This document shows, in pieces, positions 51,263 through 61,033 of a DNA stretch of 64,000 nt. Source of the DNA: Clostridia bacterium. GTDB lineage: Bacteria; Bacillota; Clostridia; UMGS1883; UMGS1540. Within the stretch, counting starts at the first letter, position 1. Each line of letters starts with the position of its first letter. Under the pieces are notes generated by a model, which was given only the letters and a program-made list of their open reading frames with translations, was not told where the DNA came from and did no database searches. The position numbers and the translations under genes are program-made. The stretch is from positions 7,617 through 71,616 of the forward strand of contig JAZSIR010000001.1 of the NCBI GenBank assembly GCA_045533905.1, written 5' to 3'.

Positions 51263-54200
51263 TTAAAATTCAAGTTTTCTCGTGATGCGAAGTGTGATAT
51301 TTGCGAAATTTACGCGAAAATCATCTCTTGTAGCGATGTCATCCGCGGTCTCCGGTACGCGGAAGGGTTCCACACCTTCCTCTGCGATGAGGCAAAGAAG
51401 ATCGTATACAGAATCCACAGTGCCTGTCACTCTACCCGAATTCTTGATTTCATCCATGCGGTCGGCCAGTGTGCCGAATCCGCCGCGGCCGGCAAAGAGT
51501 TCACCAAGCGATGTGCTTTCGAACTTGTTGACTGCTGTGCGGAGCTTGCCGGAATCAATCAGCTTCTTGAGAGCTTCCTGCGTCTTTGCTTCGAACTGAT
51601 AGAAGAGCGTATAGAGAGAATCCATTGTGATAACCGGTTCTTCCTGCCCTACAATCCAGTCGGTAAGCTTCTGTACCTTTTCGTTATTTTCAATGTCACC
51701 CGAGAGGATCAGTTCATCCACGCGCGAGCCGAGATAACGTTCTACGAGTCCCTGCAATTTTGCGCGGTTCTTAGAAAGCAGATCGGAAATCTGGCTTACC
51801 TGCGAAATGAGCGAATCTATGCGACCGGGAAGCGTTCCGTCGTTTTCGAAGGCTTCTAAAAGCTCACGGATCTTTGCATATGCCGCATCGGCTTTATCAA
51901 AGAGCGCGCTGTAAACCGCCGCAAACTCTGTCGGCGTTACGTTGTTATCATCACCGTACCAGGTGAGTGCATCGTCCGCAACAAGGAATGTTGCATAGAT
52001 GTAATCGTAATAATCCATAACATCCTTTACCGTGTAGCCTGTGAGCGTTTCGCTCCGGAGCGCCGGGTTATATGTGAGAAGGCTGTCAACAATGCTCGTT
52101 TCCACCAGATACTTAAGGTAAATGTTTTCATCGTAGCGAACACCGAGATCCCGGATCTTCTCTTCAGCCTTTGCCTGCGCCTTTTCATAGATCGGCACTA
52201 CGATTTCATTGATTACGTCGATTTTCCATGTAAGCGAGGTTGTGTACTTCGCCGGAGCACCGGTATTTCTTGCTCTGTCAATAGCGGCTTCGAGACCATC
52301 GCAGTACTCGTCACGGATTTCAGTGAAGAAGCCGTTGATGCGGTCCTTGCCGAGGATGTTGACCATCTTCGAAAGGATTGCATTATCCGTCTGCTCCAGT
52401 GCGGAATCGAGAGAGAGCGAACGGATGGCACCGGCAATGGCAATGACCATCGAAAGATTACCGCTGTTGATTTCAAATTCTTTCTTTGTTAGAAGACTTG
52501 TTAAAAGTGTATCGTACTCTGTAGTCTGGCTGATCTCGGTGTAAACGCTGTCTGCAAATGCAATCTTATCTTCAAGACGGCTAATGTACGCCTTCACAAG
52601 CGTCTCGTTAATTACGGAAGACAAATCGAATGTAGCGAGCACTTCTGTGATCAGCGCGCGGTTATCATGAATAAATTCTGCCGTAATATTGTCGATAAAT
52701 CCACCGACTTCTGTTGCAATTTCCGCGGGCGTTGCATCCTCGTTGATATAGGTCGTAGCCATAGATTCGAGCGTGGAAGCCTGCGCCGGATCTGCAATAA
52801 AGGTCTCCAGTTCTGCACGAATAAGTGTGACGTTTGCGGAGTCTGCCCCGAGGAACTTTGCGGTGTATCTGTTGAGATCGGACAGCGAGATCGTGCCAAC
52901 ACTGGTAACGAGCAGCCCCTCTACCATGGTTCTGTTTTCCGCTACCGCGGTTGCCATGTAGCCGGTGATTGCAGTGTTCGACATCGTGGGAATGTACGCC
53001 GCAAGTTTTGTCTTTAACGTTTCCTTTGCGTTCGGAACCGTATTGAACATGCTTGTGAGATTTGTAGCAATCTGTTCCTTTGTAAGGCCGCCTACATATG
53101 TCTTAATCAGGGCCTTCATTTCTGCGCCTTCACAATTTCCGGCGATGAAGGAAGACATTGTGGCCGTGCTTACTTTCCCATCCGTTACGGCATCAATCAA
53201 GGCCTTTTCCACGTCTCCGTAGACGGTGCTGCCTGCTGCCTGCACCATAGGAACGAGCTTTGAAATCAAGAGGCTGTAATTGGCATCCTGTTTTACAATG
53301 CCTTCGGCCATTGCGCGGTTTGTCGATACAAATTCGCGAATAACCGCAGCAATATCGTCCTGCTTGGTTTCGTCATGGAGCATTACGTTCTTGAGCGTTT
53401 CAAGATGTCCCTTAATGGTATAAATTTCATCTGTGCTTTCTACGTTAGTAGCTTTTACAATTTCGCCAACGCATGTAATAAGGATTTCTTCAATAACAGA
53501 TGCTACATTCGCGTTGAGAGAAGAATCTTCCGTGAGATACTTTTCTACGTATTCCACCATCTTAGCTTCAATAATGCTGTTAATCTTAGCATCGGTAATG
53601 GTGTTACCGGCGGCCAAAGCATCGAGCATTTCTACCTTGTAGGCGTCGAATTCGCTTCTTGCTGTTGCGAGGATTTCGTCGCGTGCGGCAGAATTGGTAT
53701 ACAGGTCATCCTTAAACATCTGCTGGTTTGCGCCTGCGTAATTCGTGGAGCCGTAAATAGCTGCAATCCCCGGGTTTGTAGCATACATTTCGTCATACAA
53801 ATCCGAAAGCATAGCTTCTACTTCTGTCTGCGTGATAAAGCCTTCAAAGGCACTCGCATCTACCCCACTCTGGCCGCAGATGTAGGCGTACAATGCAGAC
53901 TCATTCGGAACCACAGCGCTGAATGTGATGGAATTTAAAACTTCTGTACGCATCGCGCCACGGATATCTGTCGGTTCCTGACCGGGAAGCGGCTTGGAAA
54001 TCAAGAGTTTGAAGTTTGTGTCAGCCTTTACACGGTTTAAAATGTTCGTTTTAAACGCGGTGTTGCCGGCAAGGAGTGCTTCGATATCCGTCTTTATATC
54101 GCCGTGATGGAGGTTATCAACCACATGGTCATGGAAAATTGTGGAATGCAGAAGTGCATCAATAAATGCATCATTGGCAACAACTGCATCGATAAGTGCA

Positions 54201-57200
54201 TCGCGAAATGCCGTGTTTGCCAGGACCTTATCGATAAAGGTGTCTGCAAGAAGCATTGTGGCGATCATGTCCTTTACAGTGGTTTCCTGCAAAATGGTCG
54301 AGAGCGAGCTGCTCATCAAAATCGCTTTGCGAACATTGGTACCTGTAGATGTAGTGGTATCCAAAATAGCTGCTTTGACTTCTGTCAACACCGTGTTCAT
54401 CATAACTGAGCTTGTGCTCTTAAGGTCGGCGCAAATTACGTTTACAAGTTCGTCGCTTCCTTTAATATAGGTTACAACAGCGTCGCTTGCCGTTCCCGCG
54501 GCAAGGTCACCAATAAGTGCTTCCGCAATGGTCGTCTTAATCGTGCCATTTTCGCGAATCTCCGCAATAACAAAGTCACGCAGGGGGTCTTCCGGCGCTG
54601 TGTTCGAAAGCGAGGTAATCAGTGTATTTACAAAGCGCTTCTGCAAATCGCTTCCTTCTGTTTTGAGAAGACCGTCAAGATAGGTAAGCGCGGAAGTTTT
54701 GAGCGCGGATTGTTTCTCTACATCCTGCAAATCTGCGAGAAGTTGATTTACAATTCTTGTGCGGAATTCCCCGTTGGTTGTCAGGTAATTTACAACGAAC
54801 GAAAGCATCTTCGAAGGCGTTGCCGTAAGGTCTGTTACAATGTAATTTACAATCTGCGGCTTGAACTCTTCTGTTTTTACGAGGTTTGCAAGTTCTTCAT
54901 CCGTCATCGCGCCAATGAGACCGGATACATCGATCGTGCCCGCGAGATCCGCTACGTCAATCATGCTGAAGAGGTTATCAAGCTTTGCCTCGTCACTTAC
55001 AGTATCGCGGACAAACTGGCGAACCATGCTGTCAGCCGTGTTTCTCTTTACAAAGGTAGAAATCGGCAAGGAAATCTCCGAAACCTTGATGTTCAAATCT
55101 TCGTCGATAAGACCTGCGTTCGAAAGCTTTTCGATAAGCTGCACCTTTGTTTCATCGTACCGCGGAATCATATCGAGCGTAATGGCCTTTTCAAGCTGCT
55201 GTCTGCCGGCTTTCGCCATATCCTTGACGGAATTCATTGCGCGCGTGCTTGCATTGTAAAACGCCTGCACGTAGAGCGGCTCGGGCATGTCGCGGATAAG
55301 CGCTGTGATAGCTATACTATCGAGAAGAATGTATACATTGGTATCTTCTGTAAGAACGACCTCTGTAGTGAAGGGTACGAGTGTATTTGTATCATCTACA
55401 TACCAAAGAGAACCCTCTGTCTTGTGTGTGTATTCGTTGCCGGCGTATACAGAGGCGAGGCTCGCAGTCTCAGAATACCCTGTCTTATAAAACTGCGTCA
55501 TATCCGGAAGGTCTGCTTCCGAAAGTGTGCCGCCTACATAGGTACCGGAAGTTTTTACATTCAGAATTTCGTTGTAGCCGCGGAAGAACTTAACGACTAC
55601 CGGAGGCTTCGGTACGAAGTTCGGGAAAAGTTCAATTACATCCGGTGTTTCGTCTGTAACTTCAAAGCCCGTAAACTCTGTGCCGTCCGCAAGAATCCAG
55701 CCGCCCATCATCTGGGAAGGATCGCTTACGACTACCTTGTCGAAGTCTGCAAGCGGCGTAATGCTTGCATTTAAGATGGTGTATTCCGTAGTCGGTACAT
55801 AGCCATCTACGAAAGTGGCGTTATAGTGCACCGTGTATGTGATAATTTCAAAGTCTGCATATACATCGACTGTCGTGCCCATACCGGCTGCGACGGCGAG
55901 TGTGGCATCATACGGAACGTAACTTACGTTGCCGCCGTTTTCGACGCGCATAAACCAACCGAGGAAGGTATAACCGGTGCGGTGTACCTTATCAAGTTCC
56001 GGGAAGGTGTAGGCTGTTTCAATGTCGAAGTCCACGCCCGGCGTAAAGCCCGTGACAAAGTCGGTAAAGGCTGTACCGTCCATATTCTTAAAGACAACTC
56101 TGTACGGAATCTTTTCCCATACTGCACGAAGCGTAATGCCTTCGGCCACGGTCATATCAGCAGTAACTGCAAGCTCGGTGACATCCGCGCCCGAAGCATC
56201 CTTCCAGCCGAGGAATCTCCAGCCGAGTCTTTCAATATTTTCATCTGCCGGCAAAACTGTGGTGCCCTGATTCAGAATTGTAAAGTTTGCAGGGGCGGTA
56301 TATCCGTCCTTATAATAGGCAAACGGCGTGGTGCCGTCCGCATCCATAAAGTGAATCGGATATGTGTTCAGGGTATAATTGGAATATACCTTCATGCCGG
56401 AGGTAAGAACTGTGCCCGCGAGAACAGCTGTGCCATCTTCATATTTCCAATTGAAGGTATACCCGAGGGTATCCGCAAAGGTCAGACTTTCAATTACGCT
56501 GCCCTTGGCTACCTTCTTTTCCACATCGTCCACATAGATGGTAATCGGCCCGTCAATCCAGACTGCCTTTAAGGTAAGCCCTTCTGTCGTAGTCAGATCT
56601 TCTGTAACGGCAAGCGCAGTTACTGGCGTACCCGAAAGTGTCTGCCAGCCGTCAAGTGCAAAGCCATCTCTCTCCACATTGTCATTTTGGGGAAGAACAA
56701 TCGTGCTCTGATTTTCTACCGTGAAGCTTACGGGAGCGGTGTATCCGTCCTTATAGTAGGCAAACGGCGTTGCACCGTCCGCATCTACAAAATGCAGCGG
56801 ATACACATTCAGTGCATAGTTTGTGAAAATCTTCATACCGGCGGTGAGAACGGTTTCCGGGAGAACGGGGTCCCCGTTTTCATATTTCCAGCTGAAGGTG
56901 TAACCGAGTCTGTCTTCATACGAAATGCTTTCAATCTTGCTGCCTGCGCGGACGGCTTTGGTTACGTTATCTACATAAATGGTAATCCAGGAAGAACCGG
57001 CACCGCCTGAGCCGGGCTTTGCAAGGAAGCTTGCGCGTGTTTTCTCTAAAAGACCGGTAAATACGGCTTCATCGCGGTAATTCATAAAGGGCGTTACGCC
57101 GTTTACGTTGTTTACCACAACATTTTCGCCTAAAGTTGTATTCTGAATCGTAATGGTACCACCGCGGGCTAAAAGGCGCTTTTCCACCTTGATGCCTTTG

Positions 57201-57943
57201 AGAAGGACATCTTCATCCATCGCGCCGTCACCGATCACAAGGTCACTTGTAACAGAAAGGCCTTCGAGGGTTACATTGCCGGTGCGGAGCACCACAATGC
57301 CTGCAAGGTCTTCTTTATATGTACCTTCTTCTGTGATGTAGGTACGAATGGCATTGTGCATAAACTGAGCAAATTCCTCGCGCGTGATGAGAGCGCCGGG
57401 ATTTACATTGCCGAGATCGTCCCCGTTTACATAGCCGCGGGAAACAAGAGCAGCCATACCGTCCTTCGCCCAATCGGAAATCTTGGCGTTATCGCCGAAC
57501 TTTGCAAGACTTTCGTGATTCGTGCTTTCCAGAACGAGGACACGGGATACTGCCGTGAACACTTCTTCTCTGGTAATATTATGGTCAGGATGCATCAGGG
57601 TCGCGCTGACGCCCTGCATAGCCCCCATCTTGACTACCTTTGCAATATAGTCATAATACCAGGCTGCGCGGCTCACATCCGAATACCCGGAAATATCTGC
57701 ACGCGTTTCCGCCCCGAAGGCACGGACTATAATCGCGGCAAATTCTGCTCTTGTGAGCTTGCCTGTCGGTCTGATTTCTCCGTTCTCATAGCCATTCAAA
57801 AGGCCATTGTCGACGGCTGCCGTCATAGCCTCTTTTGACCAGCCGGTCGGAAAATCCACAAACGTTGCCGCCTGGACAAAGCTTGCGGGGATGAGCGATA
57901 ACAAAAGTACTGTCGCTACCACTAAACTAATAAGTCGCTTCAT
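51263..57943 (-). CDS. Giant SLH-domain cell-surface protein (2226 aa)
   Basis: Signal peptide MKRLISLVVATVLLLSLIPASFVQA. Three SLH repeats. Duplicated Listeria-Bacteroides-type repeat units (GYTFSWKYENGDPV / GYTFNWKYEDGTAV). A long Ala/Leu/Thr-rich, probably helical region. Confidence 0.85.
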   Translation of the reverse strand: MKRLISLVVATVLLLSLIPASFVQAATFVDFPTGWSKEAMTAAVDNGLLNGYENGEIRPTGKLTRAEFAAIIVRAFGAETRADISGYSDVSRAAWYYDYIAKVVKMGAMQGVSATLMHPDHNITREEVFTAVSRVLVLESTNHESLAKFGDNAKISDWAKDGMAALVSRGYVNGDDLGNVNPGALITREEFAQFMHNAIRTYITEEGTYKEDLAGIVVLRTGNVTLEGLSVTSDLVIGDGAMDEDVLLKGIKVEKRLLARGGTITIQNTTLGENVVVNNVNGVTPFMNYRDEAVFTGLLEKTRASFLAKPGSGGAGSSWITIYVDNVTKAVRAGSKIESISYEDRLGYTFSWKYENGDPVLPETVLTAGMKIFTNYALNVYPLHFVDADGATPFAYYKDGYTAPVSFTVENQSTIVLPQNDNVERDGFALDGWQTLSGTPVTALAVTEDLTTTEGLTLKAVWIDGPITIYVDDVEKKVAKGSVIESLTFADTLGYTFNWKYEDGTAVLAGTVLTSGMKVYSNYTLNTYPIHFMDADGTTPFAYYKDGYTAPANFTILNQGTTVLPADENIERLGWRFLGWKDASGADVTELAVTADMTVAEGITLRAVWEKIPYRVVFKNMDGTAFTDFVTGFTPGVDFDIETAYTFPELDKVHRTGYTFLGWFMRVENGGNVSYVPYDATLAVAAGMGTTVDVYADFEIITYTVHYNATFVDGYVPTTEYTILNASITPLADFDKVVVSDPSQMMGGWILADGTEFTGFEVTDETPDVIELFPNFVPKPPVVVKFFRGYNEILNVKTSGTYVGGTLSEADLPDMTQFYKTGYSETASLASVYAGNEYTHKTEGSLWYVDDTNTLVPFTTEVVLTEDTNVYILLDSIAITALIRDMPEPLYVQAFYNASTRAMNSVKDMAKAGRQQLEKAITLDMIPRYDETKVQLIEKLSNAGLIDEDLNIKVSEISLPISTFVKRNTADSMVRQFVRDTVSDEAKLDNLFSMIDVADLAGTIDVSGLIGAMTDEELANLVKTEEFKPQIVNYIVTDLTATPSKMLSFVVNYLTTNGEFRTRIVNQLLADLQDVEKQSALKTSALTYLDGLLKTEGSDLQKRFVNTLITSLSNTAPEDPLRDFVIAEIRENGTIKTTIAEALIGDLAAGTASDAVVTYIKGSDELVNVICADLKSTSSVMMNTVLTEVKAAILDTTTSTGTNVRKAILMSSSLSTILQETTVKDMIATMLLADTFIDKVLANTAFRDALIDAVVANDAFIDALLHSTIFHDHVVDNLHHGDIKTDIEALLAGNTAFKTNILNRVKADTNFKLLISKPLPGQEPTDIRGAMRTEVLNSITFSAVVPNESALYAYICGQSGVDASAFEGFITQTEVEAMLSDLYDEMYATNPGIAAIYGSTNYAGANQQMFKDDLYTNSAARDEILATARSEFDAYKVEMLDALAAGNTITDAKINSIIEAKMVEYVEKYLTEDSSLNANVASVIEEILITCVGEIVKATNVESTDEIYTIKGHLETLKNVMLHDETKQDDIAAVIREFVSTNRAMAEGIVKQDANYSLLISKLVPMVQAAGSTVYGDVEKALIDAVTDGKVSTATMSSFIAGNCEGAEMKALIKTYVGGLTKEQIATNLTSMFNTVPNAKETLKTKLAAYIPTMSNTAITGYMATAVAENRTMVEGLLVTSVGTISLSDLNRYTAKFLGADSANVTLIRAELETFIADPAQASTLESMATTYINEDATPAEIATEVGGFIDNITAEFIHDNRALITEVLATFDLSSVINETLVKAYISRLEDKIAFADSVYTEISQTTEYDTLLTSLLTKKEFEINSGNLSMVIAIAGAIRSLSLDSALEQTDNAILSKMVNILGKDRINGFFTEIRDEYCDGLEAAIDRARNTGAPAKYTTSLTWKIDVINEIVVPIYEKAQAKAEEKIRDLGVRYDENIYLKYLVETSIVDSLLTYNPALRSETLTGYTVKDVMDYYDYIYATFLVADDALTWYGDDNNVTPTEFAAVYSALFDKADAAYAKIRELLEAFENDGTLPGRIDSLISQVSQISDLLSKNRAKLQGLVERYLGSRVDELILSGDIENNEKVQKLTDWIVGQEEPVITMDSLYTLFYQFEAKTQEALKKLIDSGKLRTAVNKFESTSLGELFAGRGGFGTLADRMDEIKNSGRVTGTVDSVYDLLCLIAEEGVEPFRVPETADDIATRDDFRVNFANITLRITRKLEF

Positions 57944-57957
57944 TGTGTTCTCCCTTC

Positions 57958-58668
57958 CTAATCCATATATCGGTTAATAAAATATGCTTTCTTTGCTTTT
58001 TTCTCATTCAGATATGCACTTTCAAGCTTATCTGCAATGCTTTCATCCTGTCCGCTTTTCTTTGCAGCCTCGCGTACCTCTTCCAAAATGGCATATACCA
58101 CAGCGTCACATTCATTTTCCCATGCTACCACCTGCGAGAGATACTGGTTCAAAAGCCTTTGCTTTGCACCTTTTTTCTCCTCCGGCGACATCGCAATGTA
58201 AAGACCTCTTACCTGTGCCTCTACCCCATCGAGTTTGCCGAGATACATATTCTTCTGTACATACAGCTTCGCGATGGCTTCGGAAACTGTCTTGTCCATC
58301 ACACTCGGCGTCGGCGATGCGGTCACACCCGGTGTTGGATCCGGCCCCTCCTCTTTCGGTTCCTCCTTGGAGGTGAGCCGGTTTACAATTTCCTCTTCCG
58401 TCATCGTGCCTTCCTCCAGCGCCTTTTGCTCTTCTGGCGTAAGGTCACGTACCACGATTTCTTTGCTGTCTATATATTCCTGCAGGTCCTCTTTTGCACC
58501 CTCCAGCTGACGGTCTATATCCTCCTGCGAATACCGGAGCGCATCGAAAAATGCCTCAATGCTGTTCCGGTTTTGATACAGAATCCCCAGAAGAATAAGG
58601 AGTACGACCAGCAGAATGCACAGTACAATTTTCAGAGCTTTTTTCATACTTTTCTCCTTTTTGGACAC
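57958..58668 (-). CDS. Membrane-anchored hypothetical protein
   Basis: N-terminal TM ALKIVLCILLVVLLILLGILY, then charged, probably helical regions and a Pro/Thr linker. Confidence 0.55.
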   Translation of the reverse strand: MSKKEKSMKKALKIVLCILLVVLLILLGILYQNRNSIEAFFDALRYSQEDIDRQLEGAKEDLQEYIDSKEIVVRDLTPEEQKALEEGTMTEEEIVNRLTSKEEPKEEGPDPTPGVTASPTPSVMDKTVSEAIAKLYVQKNMYLGKLDGVEAQVRGLYIAMSPEEKKGAKQRLLNQYLSQVVAWENECDAVVYAILEEVREAAKKSGQDESIADKLESAYLNEKKAKKAYFINRYMD

Positions 58669-58770
58669 ACCACTCCACTATTTAAATGTATTCCAATATA
58701 TTATACAAGGTTTCCATTCAAAAGTCAAGAATAATTCTACGAATTTACGCTTTTTTTATGTTCAAAAAAA

Positions 58771-58818
58771 AGCAAATCCCTTTCCCGGAAATCCGGGCGG
58801 GATTTGCTTGTTTTTTTT
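58771..58818 (-). terminator. Terminator after the gene at 58828
   Basis: AGCAAATCCC...GGGATTTGCT stem with nested CCCGGAaaTCCGGG. An A-tract and a T8-tract flank it. Confidence 0.75.
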
Positions 58819-58827
58819 GTATTTTTC

Positions 58828-60018
58828 TTAATCCGTAAGGTTATCAAAATAGCCCTGTACCAAAACAATCGGCGTGCCCTTATCGCCCGAGCCGCTCGTA
58901 AGGTCGCACAAGGAACCGATAAGGTCTGTAAGGCGACGCGGCGTAGTCCCCTGCGAGGCCATATTCCCGACAAGGTCGCCATCTTTTTTACGGATAGCAT
59001 CGGCGATGGCATCGTTTAAGGCCTTGCCGGAAAGATTTGCAAAATCATTGTCGGCAAGATACTTGAGCTTCAGCTCGTTCGGCGTACCTTCAAGCCCCTT
59101 TGTATAGGCGGGCGACACAACCGGGTCGGCAAGCTCCCAGATTTTTCCGATCGGATCACGGAATGCACCGTCCCCGTACACCATAACCTCTACACGCTTG
59201 CCGCTTGCGGCATACAGCTTTTCCTGGATAGTGTCTACAAGAGCAAAGCACTCCTGCGGGAAGAGCTTTACTGTGTCTTCCGTGGATTTATTCGAGCCTA
59301 AAAGCCCGTATCTTTCGTTAAAGCCGCTGCCGTCTACGGAAGTGTTCATAATTTCATCCAGGCCCAGAACCCGTTTGGCGCCTGCCGCAAGGAGGATGCG
59401 CTTTGTGCGGGCACGGGAGTGAATGTCGCAGTTTAAAACTGTATCGGTATAGCGAAGGATTACACGCGGGTCATTGGCCAGAAGGATTTCCACCTCGGCG
59501 CCGCACGCGCGGATGAGGTCTCCGTAGTAGCGGACATAATCCACACCCGTGAAAGGATGGGGATTTTCGCCAAAGAGCTCTCTGTATTTTTCTTCAGTCA
59601 GAACATCCGAATAGGGATTAATGCCGGCTTCATCAAGCTGGTCAAGCGAAACGAGTGCATTGCCGACCTCGTCGCTCGGATAGTTGAGCATCAGCACAAT
59701 CTTCTTTGCGCCCTTTGCAATGCCGCGAAGGCAGATGGCGAAACGGTTACGGCTGAGAATCGGGAAGATAACGCCAATGGTTTCACCGCCGAGCTTTGTC
59801 TTTACATCCTTTGCGATCGCTTCCACGGAAGCATAATTGCCCTGCGCGCGGGCTACGACGGATTCGGTTACGGCAACCACATCACGGTCACGAAGAGCAA
59901 AGCCTTCGGATTCAGCCGCTTCCAAAACGCTATTTACAACGATAGAGGCAATATCATCACCCTCGCGGATAATCGGGCAACGGACACCTCTTGAAACTGT
60001 ACCAATTTTTCTTTCCAT
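58828..60018 (-). CDS. CofE-like (F420-0:gamma-glutamyl ligase family) protein
   Basis: Start MERKIGTV follows GGAGGG. N-terminal RGVRCPIIREGDDIASIV...DRDVVAVTESVVARAQGN matches my memory of the family. Assignment from memory only. Confidence 0.45.
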   Translation of the reverse strand: MERKIGTVSRGVRCPIIREGDDIASIVVNSVLEAAESEGFALRDRDVVAVTESVVARAQGNYASVEAIAKDVKTKLGGETIGVIFPILSRNRFAICLRGIAKGAKKIVLMLNYPSDEVGNALVSLDQLDEAGINPYSDVLTEEKYRELFGENPHPFTGVDYVRYYGDLIRACGAEVEILLANDPRVILRYTDTVLNCDIHSRARTKRILLAAGAKRVLGLDEIMNTSVDGSGFNERYGLLGSNKSTEDTVKLFPQECFALVDTIQEKLYAASGKRVEVMVYGDGAFRDPIGKIWELADPVVSPAYTKGLEGTPNELKLKYLADNDFANLSGKALNDAIADAIRKKDGDLVGNMASQGTTPRRLTDLIGSLCDLTSGSGDKGTPIVLVQGYFDNLTD

Positions 60019-60124
60019 AAAAAATCCCTCCGACTTCTTGACATTTCTGTCTACGCTCATTATAATACAAATATAGCTATTAGTAAAGCAGATAATTTTT
60101 AGAACAGTGATAAGGAGAGCTTAT

Positions 60125-61000
60125 ATGAAAGCAAAGCCGGATGCCTACCGCATTTTTTATGAAACGGCGCGTTTTTCTTCCTTTTCTGCCGCCGCAGAGC
60201 ATTTATACATCTCGCAGTCTGCCATTTCGCAGTGTATCCGTAATCTGGAAAAGGATTTGCAGACGCAGCTTTTTGTGCGCTCAAGGCGCGGTGCCGTACT
60301 CACGGCGGAGGGACAGCTTCTTTTTGAGAAGGTAGAAAGCGCGATGCAGGCGCTCGACCAGGGCGAGATGCTTCTGGCGCGCCGCCGCCATCTGGAAAGC
60401 GGCTCGCTTGTGATTGCGGCCGCCGATACAATTACAAGTCATTATCTCCTCCCCTATCTCGAAAAATTCCACGCGGCGTACCCGGGGATTCGCATTGAAA
60501 TGGCAAACTCCTATTCCTCCCACATGCTGCAGCTTGTAAAAGAAGGTGCGGCTGAGCTTGCTTTCGTGAACCTACCGGCTGAGGAGGAGGCGCTTTGCAT
60601 TGCCCCTTGTCTTGAAATCCATGATATTTTTGTTGCAGGTGCAGAATATGACGTGCAGGATAGCTATACCTGGGAAGAAATTGCGAAGGAGCCTCTTATT
60701 TTGCTCGAAACACATTCCTCTTCCCGCCGGTACCTTGACCATGCTTTTGCCCTTCAAAATATACCGCTCACGCCGCAAATTGAGGTGGCGGCACACGACC
60801 TTCTTATCCGTTTTGCCTCGATTCATTTAGGCGTTTCGTGTGTGGTGGAGGAATTTGCAAAAGAAAGCATCGCGCGAGGACTGATTCGTCCCTTGCCGCT
60901 CACGCCGCCCCTTGCTCCTCGTCATATCGGCTATGCACACCTTCGAAACACGCCGCTTTCCCCTGCCGCAAAGGCTTTTTTAAAGCTGATAAAAAAATAG
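60125..61000 (+). CDS. LysR-family transcriptional regulator
   Basis: HTH FSAAAEHLYISQSAISQCIRNLEKDL, then a substrate-binding-type C-terminal domain. ATG follows AAGGAGAG. Confidence 0.85.
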   Translation: MKAKPDAYRIFYETARFSSFSAAAEHLYISQSAISQCIRNLEKDLQTQLFVRSRRGAVLTAEGQLLFEKVESAMQALDQGEMLLARRRHLESGSLVIAAADTITSHYLLPYLEKFHAAYPGIRIEMANSYSSHMLQLVKEGAAELAFVNLPAEEEALCIAPCLEIHDIFVAGAEYDVQDSYTWEEIAKEPLILLETHSSSRRYLDHAFALQNIPLTPQIEVAAHDLLIRFASIHLGVSCVVEEFAKESIARGLIRPLPLTPPLAPRHIGYAHLRNTPLSPAAKAFLKLIKK

Positions 61001-61004
61001 AAAA

Positions 61005-61031
61005 AGCGCCAAACTTTTGTTTGGCGCTTTT
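61005..61031. terminator. Bidirectional terminator between the LysR and MATE genes
   Basis: AGCGCCAAAC-tttt-GTTTGGCGCT followed by TTT. Confidence 0.75.
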
Positions 61032-61033
61032 GA

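Noticed and set aside
50156-55774. Long + strand ORFs (345 aa at 50156-51193, 354 aa at 54710-55774, 248 aa at 55826-56572) opposite the SLH genes
   Set aside because: Antisense to well-supported surface-protein genes, with Arg/Cys-rich nonsense composition.
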